A stretch of DNA of 64,000 nt from an uncultured Sphaerochaeta sp. (GTDB lineage Bacteria; Spirochaetota; Spirochaetia; Sphaerochaetales; Sphaerochaetaceae): the NCBI RefSeq assembly GCF_963677315.2, contig NZ_CAXXMJ010000002.1, positions 516,006-580,005 of the forward strand, written 5' to 3'. The notes beneath the pieces were generated by a model. It saw only the letters and a program-made list of their open reading frames with translations, did no database searches and had not been told where the DNA came from. Positions 9,011-18,014 of this stretch are shown here, piece after piece; positions within the stretch are counted from its first letter, which is position 1; the number at the start of each line of letters is the position of its first letter. Made by a program: the position numbers and the translations under genes.

Positions 9011-10003
9011 CTATGCGCGGCGTGCGTATTTCTTCATGTCGAAGTAGACCGCGATGATAATGATAAAGCCTTTTACCAATTGCTGGTAGTAGCTGTCAAC
9101 ACCAAGGAAGGACATTCCGTAGTTGATCAAACCCATGGTAAAGACACCGACCATCATTCCACTGACTTTACCAACGCCACCATTCTGTGAAACACCACCA
9201 ACGGTAACTGCAGCAATGGCATCCAACTCCATACCGTTTGCGGTAAGCGAGTTTGCCAAGCCAAGGCGGCTTGCCAGAAGGGTACCAGCTGTACCATAGA
9301 GCAAACCTGCATAGAAGTAGACCATCATAAGGTCACGTTCGACATTGATTCCACTTACCCGCGCTGCCTGTGCATTACCACCGATCGCATAGAAGTGAGT
9401 TCCCTGACGGGTATGCTTGAGTAATATCCAGACAACCAGTGCTGCAATGGCAACATAGATGATGAGATTGGGAACAGGACCAACGCTTCCCTGGCTGATG
9501 TTCTTGAAGTTCTGGTTAAGGGAACCAACAACGGCTGCCTTGGTATAGATGAGCTGCAAACCCTTTGCAATGGACATGGAGCCCAGTGTTGCAATAAAGG
9601 GAGGAAGTTTTCCATATGCAATCAAGTACCCGTTAAAGAGACCAAATAGGCCACCGGCGGCAACGGCTGCTACGATGGGGACGATCAGAGGGAAGGTCTG
9701 GCCAGCATATATAGCGGAGCTGTAATCTGGATTCTGTGCAAAGGAAGCCGCCACGCTAGCAGTCAAACAGACGACATATCCGATGGAAAGGTCGATTCCC
9801 TTGGTGATGATGATCATACCAACACCCAGGGCTGCAAAGGATCTGACCGATTCAGCAATCAGGAGATTCCTGATACTGCTCCACCGCAGTGCTTGTCCGT
9901 TGGTCAGAATGGAAAGCAATAGCAACAATCCAACAAAGGTGACCCAAGTTGTATATTGTGAGGCAACTTTTTTGCTGTCGTTAAGTAGTTTTTTCATTTC
10001 CAT
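9011..10003 (-). CDS. CUT2-family monosaccharide ABC transporter permease (MglC/RbsC-like)
   Basis: Polytopic membrane protein with a typical RbsC/MglC-like sequence. Start placed at ATG 10003, with GAGGGAG 10 nt upstream and 21 nt after the ATPase stop. The listed start at 10069 lies inside the ATPase gene. Confidence 0.8.
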   Translation of the reverse strand: MEMKKLLNDSKKVASQYTTWVTFVGLLLLLSILTNGQALRWSSIRNLLIAESVRSFAALGVGMIIITKGIDLSIGYVVCLTASVAASFAQNPDYSSAIYAGQTFPLIVPIVAAVAAGGLFGLFNGYLIAYGKLPPFIATLGSMSIAKGLQLIYTKAAVVGSLNQNFKNISQGSVGPVPNLIIYVAIAALVVWILLKHTRQGTHFYAIGGNAQAARVSGINVERDLMMVYFYAGLLYGTAGTLLASRLGLANSLTANGMELDAIAAVTVGGVSQNGGVGKVSGMMVGVFTMGLINYGMSFLGVDSYYQQLVKGFIIIIAVYFDMKKYARRA

Positions 10004-10023
10004 AGTAGGTTTTTCTCCCTCTC

Positions 10024-11526
10024 TTACATGAACTTCGTTGCAAGACGCATGATATTCTCTTGGGTGCACTCAGACTTGTCCAACACGCCAGTACATTTCC
10101 CAGAACAAAGAACCATTACCCGGTGGGACATTCCGATCAATTCCGGCATTTCTGAGGAGACCATGATAATGGCCTTTCCCTGTTCAACCAGTTGTCCCAT
10201 AATCTGGTATATCTCATATTTAGCCCCGACATCGATACCTCTGGTCGGTTCATCCATAATCAGGATGTCCGGCAAGGTCATCAACCATCGACTGATGATA
10301 ACCTTCTGCTGATTACCTCCTGAGAGGTTCTGGATCAATGTCTCCATGGTAGGAGTCTTGGTCCTGAGTGCCTTGTTGTATCGAACAGACTCTTCCTTCA
10401 TCTCCTTGTGCTTAAGGAGGTGCAACTTATTCAGATACTCTTTCAAGGAGGCAATCGAAGTATTGTTTGATATATTCATCAAGGGGAAAATGCCACTCCC
10501 TCTTCTATCCTCGGTAATCATCCCAATGCCATGTTCAATGGCTTTTCGGGGAGTCATGTTCAGGATCTCATCCCCATCAACATAGATTTTTCCTTCGTGG
10601 GTTGCACGCACACCGAAGATTGCTTCCATCAATTCTGTACGTTGTGCTCCCATAAGTCCACCAATACCAAGGATTTCACCACGATGGACCTCAAAGGAAA
10701 CATCCTGGAAACTTCGGGGATTGGGGGAGCTCAGATTCTCTACCTTTAACAGGACCTCTCCCACATTACTCTTGAACTCAGGGAACCGAAGCTTTGCATC
10801 ACGACCAACCATAAGAGAGATGAGTTTCTCGTTGGTCATATCTGCTACATCATAGCTTCCGATCATCTGGCCATCACGCATGACACTCACTTCATCAGCT
10901 ATGGTAAAAATCTCTTCCATCTTATGGGAGATATAGATAACCGCTACATTCTGCTCCCTCAGTTGGTTGATGATCTTGAAAAGGTGCTTGACCTCGTTAT
11001 CCGTAAGTGAGCTAGTAGGTTCATCCATAACAACCACCGAGGCATTGTAACTGACCGCCTTGGCAATCTCACAGGTCTGCTGCATGGAAATGGACAATGA
11101 ACCGATGCGAACTTCGGGTTTCACATTAATCTCCAGGTCCTTGAGCAGGTGAGCGGTATCCTCATTCATTTTCTTGTGATCGATCAAACCGAACTTGTTC
11201 AGTGGCTCACGACCAAGGAACAGATTCTCTGCAACCGATCGCTCAGGAACATTACTGAGCTCCTGGTGAATCATCGACACTCCTTGGTTGAGCGCATCAT
11301 GGGAGTCCTTGAATCGGTGCTCCTTTCCATTGAGTTTGATAATCCCTTTATCTTCCTGATAAATACCGAACAAACACTTCATCAACGTCGATTTGCCTGC
11401 ACCATTCTCGCCCATCAAGGCGTGTACTGTTCCTGGCTTTACCCGGAGCGTTACTCCATCAAGGGCTTTTACACCAGGGAAGGTTTTGGTAATTCCTTCC
11501 ATTTCCAGGGCAAATGTTGTGTCCAT
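10024..11526 (-). CDS. CUT2-family sugar ABC transporter ATP-binding protein (duplicated ABC domains, MglA/RbsA-like)
   Basis: Walker A GENGAGKST, signature LSGGNQQK and two nucleotide-binding domains. Start placed at ATG 11526, preceded by AGAGGAAG. Confidence 0.85.
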   Translation of the reverse strand: MDTTFALEMEGITKTFPGVKALDGVTLRVKPGTVHALMGENGAGKSTLMKCLFGIYQEDKGIIKLNGKEHRFKDSHDALNQGVSMIHQELSNVPERSVAENLFLGREPLNKFGLIDHKKMNEDTAHLLKDLEINVKPEVRIGSLSISMQQTCEIAKAVSYNASVVVMDEPTSSLTDNEVKHLFKIINQLREQNVAVIYISHKMEEIFTIADEVSVMRDGQMIGSYDVADMTNEKLISLMVGRDAKLRFPEFKSNVGEVLLKVENLSSPNPRSFQDVSFEVHRGEILGIGGLMGAQRTELMEAIFGVRATHEGKIYVDGDEILNMTPRKAIEHGIGMITEDRRGSGIFPLMNISNNTSIASLKEYLNKLHLLKHKEMKEESVRYNKALRTKTPTMETLIQNLSGGNQQKVIISRWLMTLPDILIMDEPTRGIDVGAKYEIYQIMGQLVEQGKAIIMVSSEMPELIGMSHRVMVLCSGKCTGVLDKSECTQENIMRLATKFM

Positions 11527-11569
11527 CTGTCTTCCTCTTTCCATATTTTGCAATCGTCGTTCATAAAGT

Positions 11570-11598
11570 GTCTCCTACTGCTACCAGCAGCAGGAGAC
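11570..11598 (-). terminator. Hairpin between the CUT2 SBP and ATPase genes (attenuator/stabiliser-like)
   Basis: GTCTCCT-a-CTGCT acc AGCAG-c-AGGAGAC: 12 bp with one mismatch. The downstream U tract is weak. Confidence 0.4.
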
Positions 11599-11607
11599 AA
11601 TCTTGTC

Positions 11608-12684
11608 TTACATCAAGTCCTTGTAATTCTCTTTGGTGATCGGCTTGAAAGGAACCAGGTAGCACTGGGAAATGACAGCTGGGTCATTTGCAGGTGCTTC
11701 ACTGATGACTTCCTTGGCAGGCTCGATTCCCCAAGCGGTTACGCCCTGTGCAGTGCCTTTGGTGGCCATTGCAAGTGCAAGCTCAAATGCGGTGCTGCTC
11801 TGTCCAACTGAGTCCTGCAGAACGGTAGCATACAGCTTGTCCTGATCCATGGAGTTCAGTGCATCGGCAGTGGCATCGATACCGAGAACGGGGAAGCTCA
11901 GGATGGTACCATCGCTGGCATCATTGTCAACCAAACCGTTGGTAACCAAGGATTCAACTGCGCCCAAAGCCATTCCGTCGTTCTGAGCAACCACGAGGTT
12001 GAACTTGCCACGGTGTGCTGCAAGCCAGGTGTCCATCTTTTCCTGAGCCTTGTCTGGAGTCCAGTCAGCAGTGTCCTTTGCAACGAAGTTCACGGTATAA
12101 CCGAGGCTTTCGAGGGTATCGACGAAACCAGCTTCACGGCTGATCTGAGCGGGGTGCCCAAGCTGTCCCTGCAAGTACAGAATATTCAACTCTTTACCAG
12201 GAGCCTTATCAGGATACTGGGTGAAGTAGTCATCTACAATCTGTGCCTGGTACTGACCAGCAACCAACTCAGGTGAGGAAGCAAGGTAGAAATCCTTACC
12301 TACCTTCAGAGCATCAACAGAAGGCTGGATGTTGGAGAAGGCAGCGCCGCCACCAACAGCCTGAATCTGCTGTGCCATCTGCTCAGTTACACTGGTGTCC
12401 TGAGGAATGATCACAAAATACTTGTATCCCTGGGTGATCAAGGTGTTGAGCTGGTCGAGCTGACGAGCTACGTCACCCTGCGCATCCTGCAGGTTCAATT
12501 CAACACCGTTCTCTTCTGCAAGCTTGCGAAGATTGTCAGCATAGTCCTTAACAAACTGTTCGTTCAAATTTCTGATAAGAGCACCGATTTTCACCGTATC
12601 ATCGGCTGCTTCTTTTCCGCCCTGTGCAAAAAGACCAGTACAGACAAGTGCCAGTACCAACAAAATAGCTACAGTCTTCTTCAT
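11608..12684 (-). CDS. CUT2-family sugar ABC transporter substrate-binding protein (MglB/ChvE-like), secreted or lipoprotein
   Basis: Signal peptide MKKTVAILLVLALVCTGLFAQ, then a type-1 PBP fold. Start placed at ATG 12684, preceded by AAGGAG. Confidence 0.8.
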   Translation of the reverse strand: MKKTVAILLVLALVCTGLFAQGGKEAADDTVKIGALIRNLNEQFVKDYADNLRKLAEENGVELNLQDAQGDVARQLDQLNTLITQGYKYFVIIPQDTSVTEQMAQQIQAVGGGAAFSNIQPSVDALKVGKDFYLASSPELVAGQYQAQIVDDYFTQYPDKAPGKELNILYLQGQLGHPAQISREAGFVDTLESLGYTVNFVAKDTADWTPDKAQEKMDTWLAAHRGKFNLVVAQNDGMALGAVESLVTNGLVDNDASDGTILSFPVLGIDATADALNSMDQDKLYATVLQDSVGQSSTAFELALAMATKGTAQGVTAWGIEPAKEVISEAPANDPAVISQCYLVPFKPITKENYKDLM

Positions 12685-12825
12685 AAAAACTCCTTTTGAG
12701 TAATTCCAGGATTCGCCTCCTGGCAAGCGTGATATTCACAATAGGCATCCATCGCTGATGGACAACCCCTATTGCCTGTGTCTTATGTATCTTCACATCG
12801 GAAAATCCATTTGTCAATGAAAAAA

Positions 12826-12839
12826 TGTAAACGTTTACA
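12826..12839. promoter_or_regulatory. LacI-family operator candidate: perfect palindrome TGTAAACGTTTACA
   Basis: 14-bp perfect inverted repeat, ~140 nt upstream of the CUT2 SBP start. On the minus strand it is 7 nt upstream of a TTGACA-17 nt-GAAGAT promoter-like pair. Confidence 0.6.
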
Positions 12840-13090
12840 GGTTTTTCTACTTACCATAGCTTATAGTATGTTTTTAGGTATAAATTTATACCTTCAGCTA
12901 AGTGTAAACCTTTACAATACTCTCGAACTAGTAGGAAAATTTATTGAAATTGGACGATATGTTTCCTTGCAATATCGATATATTTGGATTGGTATGGAGT
13001 AGTTTTCCTGCTCTCTTTTTGCATGGATCAGTGCCTAATTGCCAAGAAAATTGGTGGTAATTTTTGCATGAATACTGCATAGTAAAAACC

Positions 13091-16000
13091 ATGGCATACA
13101 CCGAATATGGTAACACTTGGTGGGGCGCGCGATGGCTCGACTCCCTAACACAAATCGATTACTCGAACAGGATACCCAGAGGGAAGCGATATGCCCGAAA
13201 CGGCTCAGTCCTTTCCATCAAGAGTTCGAATGGGATGGTGGAAGCGCGTGTCCAAGGTACAAGAGCTACCCCTTACAAGATAATCGTTGGAATCAGTCAA
13301 TACACGAAAGCAGACAACAAGAGACTGATCGATCTAATCAGGGAGAATCCCTATTATCTGGGAAGCCTGCAGACCGGTGAACTCCCCCCAGAACTTGAAC
13401 AGGAGTGTATGGCTATCGGCATTAAGCTGTTCCCGCAATCATGGAAGGATTTGGGGATGCAATGCAGCTGCCCTGACTGGGCTGTCCCCTGCAAGCACTT
13501 GGCTGCGGTCATCTACATGATTGCCAATGAGATCGACAAGGACCCTTTTCTTATCTTTCGCCTCCATGGACTTGATGTACAATCATCGCTTCTGAATTCC
13601 GGGAGTACTGTTAAAGAGCAGATACCAACCTTGGATTCTCTTACCCTGATTAATGGGAAGGGAGGCTCAACTGGATTGGGCGAGCTTGATCTCCAGGTAA
13701 TCCCAGACATGAAACCAGTGCTTGAACGTGTCCTTACCGAGGCCCCTCTCTTTGCCCCTCAATATGACTTCAAGCGAGACTATCTCTCCTATATTTCAAG
13801 CCTTGCAAAACAGACCACAAAGTTTGTCAATCAGCTGGAGATCCCTCAGCAGATTCCGAGCATCCTCTATGATGAATGCAAGATCAACTACCAGGGAAAA
13901 ACGATGCAAGGAGTTCTCAAACAGGGCAAAGGCAAGCTTGCCTTTTCATCACAAGAGATGGATGGGTGTCTCTCCTATCTCCAATCCTTTCCCATTGGTT
14001 CAACAGAGGAGTACCCTCCAGTCCTTTCACTCCTGCTCTTTACACACAACTTTGCGCTTCGACTTCTGCAGACCCATGGTGCCATCCCAAGACTGTTGGA
14101 TCTTGGGAAAGACCAATACATTCTTCACTGGATTCCTGCCTATTTTAATCCTGAGATCAAGGCGATAACAGACTCCCTCACAGCTAGGTTGCAGGATAAG
14201 GATCTAGTCTTCATTGATTCCAAACCAGCAGACAAGCTCCAACAAATTTTTCTCATGGTGTCATTGTTTGTTCGCTCCTATAGCGACCTATTCGTTGATA
14301 TTACAAATATCCCAGAAACTGACGAACATGCATTGTTCTTTGCAGGAGCACCCTATAGGATCAGGACCCTTGCTCAGAGAGGGAATCCCCTTGCCATCCA
14401 TCACTGGCTTGGAAGACTTATGCTCACAATCCGCTCTCATCGTCCCGTCCTTTGGATGAAGGAAACAGAAAAGGATACCTTCCAGTGTACCATCCAAGTC
14501 AAAGAGGCCGATAAGGAACCGATTGATCTCTCCTTATTTCTTTCAGAAAACACAGAGACGGCTGCAATGCTCCAAGATCTCAGTTATCTGGGAACCTACT
14601 TCAATCCCATCCAGAAAGCATTGATGGCACGAGGTAGTACTACAGTTACTGGTGATGAATTTCTCGATGCTTGGTTCAATGCCCTTCCAGCTCTGAAAGC
14701 ACTTGGGGTCAGTATGATCATCCCCAGAAGCTTGCAAAAGACGCTCTCTCCACGTGTTTCTGTTCGCATGAGTACCTCCAGTGGAGGATCTGCTGAGAGT
14801 TTTCTTGCCTTACGGGATCTCTTGGATGTCTCATGGACTATTGTTTTAGGAGAGGATTCAATCGACCCAGAAACATTGCAATCCATGTTGGATCAAGGTC
14901 GAAAGTATGTTGCGTTCAAGGATCAATATGTATTGCTCGATGAAAAGGAGATTGGAAGAATCAACCACAGACTGGAGAAATCCATCAAACTCTCCCCACT
15001 CGACCTCCTGAAGGCACATTTGTTGGGCACCTATGATGAACAGCCGGTGATGATGGAAAAAGGTGTACAGGAACTATTTGGCTCCCTCTTGCAGATTAAC
15101 CCCACACCAGTACCATCAGAAGTCAATGCTTCATTACGGCCCTATCAGGAGCGAGGGTTTCAGTGGTTGATGCACAACCATGCAATCGGATTGGGGTCAC
15201 TCTTGGCCGATGACATGGGATTAGGTAAGACAATACAGGTCATAACATTCTTGGTCGCCCTGAAGAACAAGAAGATCATCACACAGAAAAAACCAGTTTT
15301 GATTGTTGTTCCAGCCTCTCTGATGACTAACTGGGAACATGAGATATCGCGCTTTGCCCCCTCTCTCTCAACCTTTGTGTATCATGGGCAAAACCGACAG
15401 CTTGAGAAGGGAAGTGACTGCATCATTACCACCTATGCTACAGTGAGAAGAGATAGTGAACTCTTACAGAAAACTCGTTTCTCGGTGACCATCCTTGATG
15501 AGGCACAGGCAATCAAGAATAGGGACTCAGCCCAAGCAAAGTCTGTCAGCAAGCTGAAGAGCGATCACTCCATCGCCATGACCGGCACACCAGTTGAAAA
15601 CCGAATGCTTGACTACTGGAGCATTATAGATTGTGTCATGAAGGGTTACCTGGGTAATCAGACAAGCTTCAAGAGCCATTTTGCCATTCCCATTGAGCGG
15701 TATCATGATCAGGCTGCCTTGAAGGCTTTCCGCTCCCTTACAAAACCCTTGATGCTTCGTCGAGTCAAAACCGATACTTCAATCATCAACGACCTACCAG
15801 AGAAGCTGGTACTTGAAAGGTACGCAAATCTATCCTTGGAGCAAAAAGTACTATACAAGGGAATTGTGGAGCAGACGGAGAAAACCCTGCAAGGTGCTGA
15901 TGGAATTGAAAAAAAGGGCTCGGTATTCAAGTTAATGACAGCCCTCAAACAGGTCTGTTGCCACCCTGCCCTGTACTGCGACACCAGTAGCAAAGAATCA

Positions 16001-16555
16001 GGGAATTCCGGAAAAACTACCCTCTTGATGGACCTGCTTGAGTCAATTCATCAGAGAAATGAGAAAGTGTTGGTTTTCACCCAATATGCCCAAATGGGGT
16101 TCTTGCTTCAAGAGTTGTTGAAAGAATCATTTTCACTGGAAGCTCCCTTCCTGCACGGAGGTTCTACCAGGACACAGCGTGATGCAATGGTGAAGCAATT
16201 CCAATCTGATCCTGAATGCTGGCTGATGCTTCTCTCAATTCGAGCAGGGGGTACTGGATTGAATCTTACATCTGCAAGCCATGTGATTCACTATGATCTA
16301 TGGTGGAATCCAGCTGTGGAGAACCAAGCAACCGACCGTGCGTTCAGGATTGGGCAAGACAAACAGGTAACTGTCCATCGGCTTATCACAGAAGGGACCT
16401 TTGAGGAACGCATCAACGATATGCTCACTTCTAAAAAAGATTTGGCTGACAGTGTTGTATCGGCAGGGGAGAATTGGATAACTGAGCTCTCAACTGAACA
16501 GCTGAAAGAACTCATAGAATTGAGGGAGAGCCATACAGAGACAGCCCCCCGTTAA
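13091..16555 (+). CDS. SNF2-family helicase/translocase with an N-terminal SWIM zinc-finger domain
   Basis: SWIM motif CSCPDWAVPCKHLAAV. SNF2 motifs LADDMGLGKT (I), ILDEAQAIKN (II), MTGTPVENR, and helicase-C motifs LSIRAGGTGLNLT and QATDRAFRIGQ. Start set at ATG 13091 (MAYTEYGNTWWGARWL); the listed start is TTG 13064. No clear SD. Confidence 0.85.
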   Translation: MAYTEYGNTWWGARWLDSLTQIDYSNRIPRGKRYARNGSVLSIKSSNGMVEARVQGTRATPYKIIVGISQYTKADNKRLIDLIRENPYYLGSLQTGELPPELEQECMAIGIKLFPQSWKDLGMQCSCPDWAVPCKHLAAVIYMIANEIDKDPFLIFRLHGLDVQSSLLNSGSTVKEQIPTLDSLTLINGKGGSTGLGELDLQVIPDMKPVLERVLTEAPLFAPQYDFKRDYLSYISSLAKQTTKFVNQLEIPQQIPSILYDECKINYQGKTMQGVLKQGKGKLAFSSQEMDGCLSYLQSFPIGSTEEYPPVLSLLLFTHNFALRLLQTHGAIPRLLDLGKDQYILHWIPAYFNPEIKAITDSLTARLQDKDLVFIDSKPADKLQQIFLMVSLFVRSYSDLFVDITNIPETDEHALFFAGAPYRIRTLAQRGNPLAIHHWLGRLMLTIRSHRPVLWMKETEKDTFQCTIQVKEADKEPIDLSLFLSENTETAAMLQDLSYLGTYFNPIQKALMARGSTTVTGDEFLDAWFNALPALKALGVSMIIPRSLQKTLSPRVSVRMSTSSGGSAESFLALRDLLDVSWTIVLGEDSIDPETLQSMLDQGRKYVAFKDQYVLLDEKEIGRINHRLEKSIKLSPLDLLKAHLLGTYDEQPVMMEKGVQELFGSLLQINPTPVPSEVNASLRPYQERGFQWLMHNHAIGLGSLLADDMGLGKTIQVITFLVALKNKKIITQKKPVLIVVPASLMTNWEHEISRFAPSLSTFVYHGQNRQLEKGSDCIITTYATVRRDSELLQKTRFSVTILDEAQAIKNRDSAQAKSVSKLKSDHSIAMTGTPVENRMLDYWSIIDCVMKGYLGNQTSFKSHFAIPIERYHDQAALKAFRSLTKPLMLRRVKTDTSIINDLPEKLVLERYANLSLEQKVLYKGIVEQTEKTLQGADGIEKKGSVFKLMTALKQVCCHPALYCDTSSKESGNSGKTTLLMDLLESIHQRNEKVLVFTQYAQMGFLLQELLKESFSLEAPFLHGGSTRTQRDAMVKQFQSDPECWLMLLSIRAGGTGLNLTSASHVIHYDLWWNPAVENQATDRAFRIGQDKQVTVHRLITEGTFEERINDMLTSKKDLADSVVSAGENWITELSTEQLKELIELRESHTETAPR

Positions 16556-16587
16556 GGAAGGGCTGGCTTTGTCTGATGCTCTTTGTG

Positions 16588-18012
16588 TTACGGCTTGAAG
16601 ATCTTAACCTTCTGCTCCCGCTTGATCCGGTCACGTCCCTCTTGCAGGCTTTCCAGTTCACCGGTAGCCCAGGCTTGGACAACCAAGTTACCTAAAGCTG
16701 TTGCTTCCACCGGTCCTGCATACACAGGTAGACCGGTTTCAGTGGCTGCCCATTGGTCGAGAATCTCGTTCTTGCATCCGCCACCAATAATATGCAGGGC
16801 TGCAAACTTCTTCCCGATTACAACCTCCAGATCGCTGATTGCCTTTGCATAGGCCTTGGCAAGTCCTCGATAGATGGCAACCATGTACTCGCCATGGTTG
16901 GAAGGAGCGGGAAGATCATGCTCCTGGCACCAGGCATCAATCCTGTCAGTCATCAAATTATCGTGACTATTGGGTTTAAGGAACCGGGTATCAGAGGGAT
17001 CGATGTACCCTTGATAATCCGTACAGCGAAGTGTTTCCTCATCAAGCTCTTTCCACTTGATCTCCTGACCTTCCCTTTCCCAGTGTCTGACACACTCCTG
17101 TTGTATCCACATCCCCATGATATTCTTGAGAAATCGGATACCACCGCTGGCTGCCACCTCATTGGTAAACCCACTCTCCATGGAAGCTTGGTCAGTTCGG
17201 GGTTCAGAAAGTTCAACTCCCAGAAGTGACCAGGTACCGCTGGAGATGTACAGGGGCGTCCCTCCAGCCTCAGCAGGAACGGCAGCAACTGCACTCGCAG
17301 TATCATGAGCAGCACTTGCAATCACGACCACCTCAGAGGAGGCACCCACTTCGTGGGCAACATCCGTGGTCAAGCTTCCCAATACAGTACCACTGTCAAC
17401 GATTTCCCCAAACAAGGAACGCTCAAAACCCATATCATCGATTAGGTCCCATGCCCATGTTTTTTGCTTTGGGTCGTACAATTGCGTGGTAGAAGCGTGG
17501 GTACGTTCATTCTTCATGATCCCAGTCAACCAATAGGCAAGCAGGTCTGGTACCGACAGGTAGTGAGATGCCGCCTTCAGTGTTTCAGGGCGATCACGTT
17601 TCATGGCAGCAAGTTGATAGAGAGTATTGAAGGGTTGGAAGGCAATTCCGGTTCTCTCATAGATCCGCATCTTCCCTCCCAACTGCTTCGCCACCTGCTC
17701 GATCAACCCATCGGTTCTGCTGTCACGATAGTGATAGCAAAGGGAGACCAAGCCCCCTTTGTCATCAGTAAGCACATAGTCAACGCCCCAGGTGTCAATA
17801 CCGATGGAGGTGATATCACTCCCATACTTGGTAAAAGCCTTCTTCAGTCCCACCTTGATCTCGGCGAACAGGCTCTGGATGTTCCAATAGAACTCCCCCA
17901 GTATCTGGTCGTTTTGGGTGACAAACCGATGTACGACTTCAAACTCACCGAGGTCCCCGACGAGAACTCGGCCGTTGGAAGCACCTAAGTCGATGGCGAT
18001 ATGCTTTTTCAT
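16588..18012 (-). CDS. rhaB: Rhamnulokinase (FGGY kinase family)
   Basis: Near end-to-end hand alignment with E. coli RhaB (from memory): AIDLGASNGRV, IGIDTWGVDYVL, YRDSRT, FQPFNTLYQL, SSGTWSL, LKNIMGMW, HIIGGGCKNE, AGPVEATALGN. Confidence 0.9.
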   Translation of the reverse strand: MKKHIAIDLGASNGRVLVGDLGEFEVVHRFVTQNDQILGEFYWNIQSLFAEIKVGLKKAFTKYGSDITSIGIDTWGVDYVLTDDKGGLVSLCYHYRDSRTDGLIEQVAKQLGGKMRIYERTGIAFQPFNTLYQLAAMKRDRPETLKAASHYLSVPDLLAYWLTGIMKNERTHASTTQLYDPKQKTWAWDLIDDMGFERSLFGEIVDSGTVLGSLTTDVAHEVGASSEVVVIASAAHDTASAVAAVPAEAGGTPLYISSGTWSLLGVELSEPRTDQASMESGFTNEVAASGGIRFLKNIMGMWIQQECVRHWEREGQEIKWKELDEETLRCTDYQGYIDPSDTRFLKPNSHDNLMTDRIDAWCQEHDLPAPSNHGEYMVAIYRGLAKAYAKAISDLEVVIGKKFAALHIIGGGCKNEILDQWAATETGLPVYAGPVEATALGNLVVQAWATGELESLQEGRDRIKREQKVKIFKP

Positions 18013-18014
18013 AA

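Noticed and set aside
12772-13002. 76-aa ORF in the AT-rich region between the CUT2 operon and the SNF2 gene
   Set aside because: It has no SD. Its composition simply mirrors AT-rich intergenic DNA (Leu/Ile/Tyr/Lys-rich). It overlaps the predicted operator/promoter of the CUT2 operon on the other strand.
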